NCBI GenBank assembly: GCA_025999275.1
Contig: AP024680.1
Coordinates: forward strand, 556,522-620,521
Length of the DNA: 64,000 nucleotides
Reading direction: 5' to 3'
DNA from: Patescibacteria group bacterium
GTDB lineage: Bacteria > Patescibacteriota > Microgenomatia > UBA8517
Shown: positions 56,708 through 64,000 of the stretch, one piece after another
Numbering within the stretch: the stretch's first letter is position 1
How the letters are laid out: each line of letters opens with the position of its first letter
Position numbers and translations under genes: made by a program
Notes under the pieces: generated by a model
Seen by the model: the letters and a program-made list of their open reading frames with translations, nothing else
Databases searched by the model: none
What the model was told of the DNA's origin: nothing

Positions 56708-58948
56708 ATGAATGACCTTTCTCTAATCGAAAGAGGAATGCTAGCTGCTGTTTTAGGAGTAGCTGTCATAAGCTTGGCATATGCTTTCTGGATTTGGAAA
56801 AATGTAACCTCCTTTCCAAAAGGATCAGAAAAGATGCAGTCAATATGGAAGGCAATTAAGCTGGGAGCAGAAGGTTACCTTAGAAAACAACTCAGAACTA
56901 TCATCATAGCCATAATAGTATTAACAACACTACTATTTCTTAGTGTTTATATAGTCCCTCCCTCAAAAGAGGCCGTGGCTATGTTTGGTGAATCTGCTGT
57001 CATTGTAGTGGCAATAGGAAGAGCAATTGCATTTATAATAGGCGCTTTATTTTCAACCATTGTTGGCCAACTGGGTATGAGGGTAGCAATTGAAGGCAAT
57101 ATTAGAGTTACTAACCAAGCAGTTAAAGGAAGTTATAACAAAGCTTTAACGGTGGCATATCGGTCCGGCACTTTTACAGGAATGTTAACTGACGGCTTGG
57201 GTTTATTGGGAGGTACTTTGATTTTTATAATCTTTGGCAAAGCAGCCCCTGATGCTCTTTTGGGTTTTGGTTTTGGAGGTACACTTGTAGCTTTATTTAT
57301 GAGAATTGGGGGTGGAATTTACACCAAAGCAGCAGATGTTGGAGCTGACCTTGTCGGGAAAGTAGAAAAAGATCTACCAGAAGACGATCCTAGAAATGCA
57401 GGTGTAATAGCCGACTTGGTAGGGGATAATGTTGGAGACTGTGCCGGAATGGCTGCTGATGTCTTTGAATCATATGAAGTTACTATTGTTTCTGCCCTAA
57501 TTCTGGGGCTGGTTTTGGTCCATCTAACAGGAAATAACTTCTGGATAATATATCCTTTGGTAGTAAGAGCAATAGGAGTTCTCTCGTCTATAATTGGCAC
57601 TCTTGCAGTTCCGGTATGGGAAAGGGTAAAAGTTAAATTTATCAAGGCTAAAGATGCCGAAGAAGCCATGTTTAGATCATACGAGCTCTCAAGCCTAATT
57701 ACTGTCTTCGGATCTCTAGCTTTTGCAATGTTCTACACAGGAGAATGGAAATTAGCTTTATTAAACACTATTGGGGTCTTACTAGCAGTCTTCTTCAATC
57801 CATTGACTTCCTACTTCACTTCCTACAACAAAAAGCCTGTCTTGGAAATAGCAAATTCCACTAAAACCGGTACCGCAACAACAATTCTTTCCGGACTTGG
57901 CGTAGGAATGGAAGCAAGTGTTTTCAGTATCATTGCCATTGCTCTTGCAATTGCCTCAAGTGTGGTAATTTATGCAGGACATGATCCAATATACATGCTC
58001 TACGGAGTAGCAATGATTGGTATTGGTATGCTTTCGCTAACCGGCAACAATGTTGCCATGGATTCATTTGGCCCAATTGCTGACAATGCCAACGGAATCG
58101 GAGAAATGGCGGGTGTTAGCAAAAAAGCTTGGAAGATAATGGCTGATCTGGATGCTGTAGGAAACACCACCAAAGCTATAACCAAACAAGTAGCAATAGC
58201 ATCAGCTGTCATTGCTGCAACCAGCTTGTTTTTCTCTTACGTAACCGATGTTGGTATAGTACAAGCAAGGTTGGGATTTGAACCAATCAAATCAATCCGT
58301 ATTTCAACCCTAGAAGGAATCATTGGCTTTTTATTGGGTGGAGCTCTACCTTTCCTTTTCTCTGCTTATTCAATTAAAGCCGTAGCAAAAGCCGCCAACA
58401 AAGTTGTAGAAGAAGTAAGAAAACAATTTGCCATTAAAGGAGTGTTGGAAGGCAAAAAGACTCCCGAATACGACAAAGTAGTTGCCATCACAACCGCTGC
58501 CGCTCAAAAAGAGCTGTTGACCTTGGTGGCTATATCTGTATCGCTACCACTGTTTGTAGGAGCAATATTTCAAGTTGAAGCTCTTGGAGCATTTTTGGCA
58601 GGAGTAATATTGGTTGGTCAACTCATGGCCGTATTTATGGCTATTGCTGGAGGAGCGCTCGATAACACCAAAAAATTTATTGAGGATGGAAATCTAGGAG
58701 GAAAAGGCTCTTTTTCTCACAAAGCAAGTGTTGAGGGCGACACAGTAGGAGATCCTCTAAAAGATACCGCTGGCCCTGCATTAAACCCAATGATCAAAGT
58801 GGTCAATTTAGTAAGCTTGATCGCAGCCCCAGTTATTGTACAATATAAAAACAAAAATGAACTTTTGGTGTTCGGGTTAATAATGATTTTTATACTAGCT
58901 TGGGCTATCTCCAAAACCCACAAAGAATCGCAAACAACAATAGGTTAA
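56708..58948 (+). CDS. hppA: membrane-bound proton/sodium-translocating pyrophosphatase
   Basis: About 16 TM segments, GGIYTKAADVGADLVGKVE and DNVGDCAGMAADVFES signatures. 746 aa. Confidence 0.9.
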   Translation: MNDLSLIERGMLAAVLGVAVISLAYAFWIWKNVTSFPKGSEKMQSIWKAIKLGAEGYLRKQLRTIIIAIIVLTTLLFLSVYIVPPSKEAVAMFGESAVIVVAIGRAIAFIIGALFSTIVGQLGMRVAIEGNIRVTNQAVKGSYNKALTVAYRSGTFTGMLTDGLGLLGGTLIFIIFGKAAPDALLGFGFGGTLVALFMRIGGGIYTKAADVGADLVGKVEKDLPEDDPRNAGVIADLVGDNVGDCAGMAADVFESYEVTIVSALILGLVLVHLTGNNFWIIYPLVVRAIGVLSSIIGTLAVPVWERVKVKFIKAKDAEEAMFRSYELSSLITVFGSLAFAMFYTGEWKLALLNTIGVLLAVFFNPLTSYFTSYNKKPVLEIANSTKTGTATTILSGLGVGMEASVFSIIAIALAIASSVVIYAGHDPIYMLYGVAMIGIGMLSLTGNNVAMDSFGPIADNANGIGEMAGVSKKAWKIMADLDAVGNTTKAITKQVAIASAVIAATSLFFSYVTDVGIVQARLGFEPIKSIRISTLEGIIGFLLGGALPFLFSAYSIKAVAKAANKVVEEVRKQFAIKGVLEGKKTPEYDKVVAITTAAAQKELLTLVAISVSLPLFVGAIFQVEALGAFLAGVILVGQLMAVFMAIAGGALDNTKKFIEDGNLGGKGSFSHKASVEGDTVGDPLKDTAGPALNPMIKVVNLVSLIAAPVIVQYKNKNELLVFGLIMIFILAWAISKTHKESQTTIG

Positions 58949-58949
58949 T

Positions 58950-59744
58950 TTATCTTGTACAAAATATACTACCAACTTTTGATATCTCACTCAAAGTTGT
59001 TTTATCTGAATAAAACAAACTTGCCGTACCACCGTCAAGATTAATTGCATCAGCAATTCCCAAATTAAAATCATTGGTAATTTTCTCTATTAAGGCAGGA
59101 AGCTCCTCAAGTGTTGGCCCTTCTAATAGATTATTAATCCCCCAGAAAACCAAAAACACCACTTTGTTCTCACCAGTAACAGCAACTACAACCCTTCTCT
59201 CATGATTATAATTACTTCTGATGTTAACAACGCTCCCATTTTCAAATAGCAAAGGACCGCTTTGAACAGCAATTCTTAAAGAATCTCTTGGCTTTTCTCT
59301 GGTGATTCTAGGAGTATCAAATATGTTAACCGAGAAAATTCCGTTAAAAAGCTGGTTTTTGCGCCAAGGAGAAATTTCTCCATATTCACTAATAAAAAGA
59401 CCTATTGGCCTGAAATTCTCATCATAAAATCCACCATTAATTACATTCTTGCAGCTAAATTTCTCCTTAAGATACTCACCTTTATCGCCTGATGAAAAAT
59501 TTGGGAAGAGAAATAATTTTTCGGGATCAGCTAGAAAATAATCAAAAAAATATTCACTTGAGTCAATCTTAACCTTTAGGGCAGGGGACTCTTCCTTTAA
59601 ACCTAGAATTTTATCTTCCTTATCATCATTCCCTACAACAGGAGATTTAAAAAACACTTTATTGCCAAAATATAAAGCAGTAAAAGCAAATAATAGCAAC
59701 AAAAATAAGAAATATACTTTCTTCATTTTAGGACATAATACCAT
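58950..59744 (-). CDS. secreted phosphodiester glycosidase-like (NAGPA-type) protein
   Basis: Signal/TM N-terminus. NGGFYDENFRPIGLFI and AINLDGGTASLFY resemble the phosphodiester glycosidase family. Confidence 0.45.
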   Translation of the reverse strand: MVLCPKMKKVYFLFLLLLFAFTALYFGNKVFFKSPVVGNDDKEDKILGLKEESPALKVKIDSSEYFFDYFLADPEKLFLFPNFSSGDKGEYLKEKFSCKNVINGGFYDENFRPIGLFISEYGEISPWRKNQLFNGIFSVNIFDTPRITREKPRDSLRIAVQSGPLLFENGSVVNIRSNYNHERRVVVAVTGENKVVFLVFWGINNLLEGPTLEELPALIEKITNDFNLGIADAINLDGGTASLFYSDKTTLSEISKVGSIFCTR

Positions 59745-59760
59745 AACTAGAAGGGGAGTG

Positions 59761-60095
59761 GTAACGAATTATGGGAACATAATTCAAAAGTTAAAAGTCA
59801 AAAGCCCAAACTACAAGCTAAAAGTCAAAAGTTTTTCTCCTAAATAATTTTAAATTTTGAATTGTTGGCCCAAGGCTAACCAGCCTAGGGCTGGTACTTT
59901 TTAATTTTGATTTTTGAATTTTGAATTATTTTCTCATACCCCTTAATTCATTATTCATAATTCTTAACTATTACTATCGTATCCGTGTACTAGTCTACGG
60001 AACCGGTTATCACTTCTCTTAAATCTTAAATCCATATTCCTCTCCCTTACTACTTTCTACATCCTACTTGCTACTATTTCCCCCTTTTACCCCTT
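59761..60095. repeat. intergenic modular repeat, locus E. A ~330 bp imperfect palindrome, interrupted at 59866..59898 by a GC-rich palindromic insert TTGGCCCAAGGCTAACCAGCCTAGGGCTGGTAC.
   Basis: Left arm GAATTATGG / AATTCAAAAGTTAAAAGTCAAAAG. Right arm TTTTGAATTTTGAATT / CATTATTCATAATTC / TAAATCTTAAATC / CTTACTAC..CTTGCTACT. 59943..59968 is the reverse complement of 20167..20192. Confidence 0.7.
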
Positions 60096-60158
60096 GCTTT
60101 ATATAGGCTCGGTGGATAAAATTAATAAGGCTGTCATAAGCCTTTATTTTTTGCCAAA

Positions 60159-62792
60159 ATGGATATAGGAAAAGTCAAAACAGTCGAAATAACCTCCGAA
60201 CTCTCAAAAAGTTACCTTGACTATGCAATGAGCGTCATAGTCGCCCGCGCACTTCCTGACATCAGAGACGGCTTCAAACCAGTTCACCGAAGGATTCTTT
60301 ATGCGATGTATTTAATGGGCCTTGAACCAGGAAAACAATTCTCAAAATCAGCTAAAGTCGTCGGAGAAGTCTTGGGTAAATATCATCCTCACGGAGATAT
60401 GGCCGTCTACGACGCTTTAGTAAGGTTGGCACAAGATTTCTCTATGCGATATCCACTCGTTGAAGGTCAGGGAAATTTTGGCTCTGTTGATGGCGACCCG
60501 CCAGCAGCAATGCGCTACACAGAAGTACGACTTTCCAAATATGCTCCTTATATGCTTGCAGATATTGATAAGGATACTGTTGATTTTGTTGACAATTTTG
60601 ACGCCACACTAAAAGAGCCGGTGTTTTTGCCCGCACTTCTTCCAAACCTACTGTTAATGGGTTCTGAAGGAATAGCTGTTGGTATGGCTACTAGAATTCC
60701 ACCCCACAATCTAAAAGAAGTAGCAGACGGAATTATTCAAACCATAAAGAAAGGAAGAGTTGTTTTATTAAACGAAGAAAAGCAAAAGGAAGAAACCGAA
60801 TTTGTCATCAAAAAAATAAATCTTGTTGCCTCTGGAGAAGCTCAAAAATTAGAAGAAAAAGAGGTAACTCCGCAAAATTTAAGCTTTGAAAGCGATATTA
60901 CAATTGATGAGTTAATTCAAATTATCCCCGGTCCTGATTTTCCCACAGGAGGAGCAATATACAACGCCCAAAACCTAAGAGAGGTTTATGCAACAGGAAA
61001 GGGTAAAATAATAGTCCGAGGAATTGCTGAAATTAAGGAAGAAAAAGGCAAACCACAAATTGTAATCACCGAAATTCCATATCAGGTAAATAAAGCTCAG
61101 CTTGTCAAAGCAATAGCTGATCTTGTCAAAGACAAAAAAATAAATGGTATAGCCAACCTTAGAGATGAATCTGACAAAGAAGGTTTACGTGTTGTAATCG
61201 ATCTTAAAAGAGATGCCAAACCCAAGGCAGTCTTAAACAACCTCTACAAACACACCAAACTGCAAACTACATTTCCAGCCAATTTTGTTGCCTTAATTGA
61301 CGGCACACCACATTTGGTCAACCTAAAGCAAATCTTGGTCGAATATATTAAGCACAGACAAAAAGTAGTTACCCGAAGAACTATTTTTGAGTTAACCTCA
61401 GCCAAGAAAAGAGCCCACATATTAGAAGGTTTGAAAATTGCACTTGATAACCTTGATGAAGTTATAAAAACTATCCGCAATTCAAAAACACAAGAAGACG
61501 CCAAGAATAACTTAATGCAAAAATTTGGTCTAACCTCAATTCAGGCCAACGCAATTCTTGATATGCAGTTAAGACGCTTGGCAGCCCTTGAGAGAGAAAA
61601 GATTGAAAAAGAGTATGAAGAAATCAAAAAATTAATTGATGAGCTTACAGCAATCCTAAAAGATCCACAAAAAGTATTAGATATCATACTTAAAGAAACT
61701 CAAGAACTAAAAGAAAAACTTCAAGATGAAAGAAGAACTAAAATCTTCAAGCAAGATATAGGCGAATTCAAAGAGGAAGACTTAATCCCCTTAGAAGAAA
61801 ATTTGATTACTATCACCAAAACCGGATATATCAAAAGGGTTCCAAGAAACACATTTAAAGCGCAAAGAAGAGGGGGAAAAGGAATAAGCGGCATGACTGT
61901 AAAAGAAGAAGACGAGATTGAGCATATTATTGCTGCTACTACCCACGACAATCTATTATTCTTCACCAACAAGGGTAAGGTTTATGGCGCCAAAGTTTGG
62001 GAAATACCTGAATCTTCAAGAACAAGCAAAGGCCAAGCTATTGTCAATATATTAAATATAGAACAGGGAGAAAGAATAATGTCTATTCTACCTGTCAAAG
62101 AAGGGCAGGGAAAATACTTCGTGATGTCCACCAAAAAAGGAGTTGTAAAAAAGACCGAAATATCGGCATTTAAAAATATGAGAGCCTCAGGAATTATAGC
62201 CATTAGACTTGACCAAAACGACACTTTGGTTTCTGTTGACAAGACCTCAGGAGAAGACAACATCCTGCTTGTAACCAAAAAAGGAATGTCAATCAGATTT
62301 TCAGAAAAAGATATCCGGCCAATGGGCAGACCAACTTCAGGCATAAGGGGAATTAAGATCTCAAGTGACGACGAGGTGATTGGAATGGATGTCTTCAATC
62401 CAAAAGCTCCTGAAATTACAGATAAAAGAAGAAAAATATTCAGAGATATCCTAACAGTCTCAGAAAATGGAATTGGCAAAAGGACACCCATTGACCTTTT
62501 CCCTCTTCAAAAAAGAGCGGGGAAAGGTGTAAAAGCAGCCGTAATAACGCCCAAAACTGGCAATTTATCTGCTGTTACCACTGTAACTGAAAAAGTGGAT
62601 CAGGTGGTTATCACCTCAGCTTCAGGCCAGGTAATTAAACTTCCCCTCAAGAACATTCCTCAAATGGGAAGAGCCACTCAAGGAGTAATTTTAATGAGAT
62701 TTGCCAAAAAAGATGATAGTGTTGCCGGCGTAGCTACTTTAGAAAAAGATCTCACTGAAGAAGAAGAAAAAGAACAAAATAATTCTAATTAA
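60159..62792 (+). CDS. gyrA: DNA gyrase subunit A
   Basis: [29 protein letters not shown], active-site Tyr region, C-terminal beta-pinwheel repeats. 877 aa. Confidence 0.95.
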   Translation: MDIGKVKTVEITSELSKSYLDYAMSVIVARALPDIRDGFKPVHRRILYAMYLMGLEPGKQFSKSAKVVGEVLGKYHPHGDMAVYDALVRLAQDFSMRYPLVEGQGNFGSVDGDPPAAMRYTEVRLSKYAPYMLADIDKDTVDFVDNFDATLKEPVFLPALLPNLLLMGSEGIAVGMATRIPPHNLKEVADGIIQTIKKGRVVLLNEEKQKEETEFVIKKINLVASGEAQKLEEKEVTPQNLSFESDITIDELIQIIPGPDFPTGGAIYNAQNLREVYATGKGKIIVRGIAEIKEEKGKPQIVITEIPYQVNKAQLVKAIADLVKDKKINGIANLRDESDKEGLRVVIDLKRDAKPKAVLNNLYKHTKLQTTFPANFVALIDGTPHLVNLKQILVEYIKHRQKVVTRRTIFELTSAKKRAHILEGLKIALDNLDEVIKTIRNSKTQEDAKNNLMQKFGLTSIQANAILDMQLRRLAALEREKIEKEYEEIKKLIDELTAILKDPQKVLDIILKETQELKEKLQDERRTKIFKQDIGEFKEEDLIPLEENLITITKTGYIKRVPRNTFKAQRRGGKGISGMTVKEEDEIEHIIAATTHDNLLFFTNKGKVYGAKVWEIPESSRTSKGQAIVNILNIEQGERIMSILPVKEGQGKYFVMSTKKGVVKKTEISAFKNMRASGIIAIRLDQNDTLVSVDKTSGEDNILLVTKKGMSIRFSEKDIRPMGRPTSGIRGIKISSDDEVIGMDVFNPKAPEITDKRRKIFRDILTVSENGIGKRTPIDLFPLQKRAGKGVKAAVITPKTGNLSAVTTVTEKVDQVVITSASGQVIKLPLKNIPQMGRATQGVILMRFAKKDDSVAGVATLEKDLTEEEEKEQNNSN

Positions 62793-63745
62793 CGAGATTT
62801 GCCGTGATAACTGTCATAAACCTCCTTTAAGTGCTTGTGAGTCACATGTGTATAAATTTGGGTTGTTTGAATATTTTTGTGGCCCAACATCTCCTGAACA
62901 GACCTGATATCAGCTCCTGCCATCAAAAGATCGGTTGCAAAAGAATGACGCAATACGTGAGGAGTGGCATCAAATGGCAATTTAACCTTGTGAGAATATT
63001 TCTTAAGAATCCTTTGAACAGAACGGACACTTAAGCGCATCTTATCATCGCTTACTCCAACTGGAATATTTTTACTGTGCCTGATAAAAAGAGGCTTAAA
63101 GTTATCCTGTCTTGAATTTAAGTATTCTTCAAGCCACCCAGCGGCTCGACTAGAAAGAAAAACCACTCGAGCTCTTCCGCCTTTACCAACAACCCCAAAC
63201 TCACGCCTTTTTAAATCAACATTATCACGATTTAAAGAAACAAGCTCCGAAACCCTCAAACCCGTTGAAAAAAGAACTTCTAAAATAGCCTTATCACGCT
63301 TGCCAACAATAGTTGAAAGCGAAGGTGCATTAAGGAGTCTATCCACTTCTTTGCCACTTAAAAATTTTACCTGCCGATCGCCAATCTTTGGCAACTCTAT
63401 TTTGTCAGGAGCCATGACTTCTATATCATTCTTCAAACACCATTTCAAAAAGCTTCTTAAAGCAATTGAATGATAACCTTGAGTTTTTCTGGAAAGATTA
63501 CGGCCAAACTTATCTTGTAGGCGAGAAAGATAAAGCCGGTAGTTATGGATTAATTGAGGATTAATACTTTTAAGCACAGGCTTGATGTTTTGTTTCTCAA
63601 TCCAATTTAAAAATCTAATTAAATAATGCCTATAGTTTCTTATCGTTAGGGTAGAGGAGCCTTTTTCAATCTCCAAATATTCCAAGAAGTCTTCAATCCG
63701 AGCCTTAAGTTCGCTATTTTTAATTTCAGCTATATTGGCAGGCAT
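62789..63745 (-). CDS. xerC: tyrosine site-specific recombinase XerC/XerD
   Basis: R..H..R..Y catalytic set with [40 protein letters not shown]-terminal SAM-like core-binding domain. Confidence 0.85.
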   Translation of the reverse strand: MPANIAEIKNSELKARIEDFLEYLEIEKGSSTLTIRNYRHYLIRFLNWIEKQNIKPVLKSINPQLIHNYRLYLSRLQDKFGRNLSRKTQGYHSIALRSFLKWCLKNDIEVMAPDKIELPKIGDRQVKFLSGKEVDRLLNAPSLSTIVGKRDKAILEVLFSTGLRVSELVSLNRDNVDLKRREFGVVGKGGRARVVFLSSRAAGWLEEYLNSRQDNFKPLFIRHSKNIPVGVSDDKMRLSVRSVQRILKKYSHKVKLPFDATPHVLRHSFATDLLMAGADIRSVQEMLGHKNIQTTQIYTHVTHKHLKEVYDSYHGKSR

Positions 63746-63821
63746 TTATAAAAGTAACTAAATTAAGTTTAGACGCTGACTTTTAATTTGTCAATAACAT
63801 TGTGCGACGTGGGTAGGAAGA

Positions 63822-63859
63822 AACAACGAACAACAATCAACAACCAACAATCAAAAGCC
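63822..63859. repeat. degenerate heptad array (ACAACGA ACAACAA TCAACAA CCAACAA TCAAAAG) in the AT-rich intergenic region upstream of xerC (locus F)
   Basis: Five contiguous CAACAA-like 7-nt units. The region also carries AATTGAAAAATTG and TCAAAAACTTCAAATT, which resemble the family modules. Confidence 0.5.
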
Positions 63860-64000
63860 AAATAATTGAAAAATTGTATATTGCCGATTGATATTAATAT
63901 TCTAGACCGCAAATAATAAATTCCAAATCAAAAACTTCAAATTACAAGAATTAAAAATTCCTTATAAATAAATTTTTAATTTATATAAATTTAAAAAAAT

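Overview
This is an AT-rich, gene-dense bacterial chromosomal window. Most proteins are Lys/Ile/Asn-rich and many are domain-reduced, which suggests a small-genome, Patescibacteria/CPR-like organism (inference from composition and gene content). Recognisable content: a housekeeping core (uvrC-like, secG, pyrG, thrS, infC-rpmI-rplT-pheS-pheT, PBP1a, tyrS, recG, rpmF-nusB-ACP-like-rnc-rpsP-KH, holB-like, gyrB, H+-PPase, gyrA, xerC/D, tig); 15 tRNA genes in four clusters; and a ~15 kb minus-strand type IV pilus locus (pilB-pilT-pilC, major pilin, GT-C/TPR membrane protein, pilD, eight tandem pilin-like genes, pilX-like, pilM-pilN-pilO) with no secretin gene. Observations that go beyond ordinary annotation: (1) a family of modular AT-rich intergenic repeats at six loci, some forming ~300 bp imperfect palindromes, with heptad microsatellite arrays and a GC-rich palindromic insert; (2) three Lys-poor, compositionally foreign ORFs, two of them bracketed by tRNA genes; (3) a GT-C/TPR (TMTC-like) membrane protein embedded in the pilin array, a candidate pilin glycosyltransferase; (4) a hydrolase gene split at a C8 homopolymer; (5) an ACP homologue lacking the phosphopantetheine-attachment Ser; (6) a promoter, structured ~110 nt leader and terminator upstream of a lysozyme-like gene; (7) a terminator whose 3' arm sequesters the pheS Shine-Dalgarno. 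No CRISPR array, IS element or rRNA gene was found.
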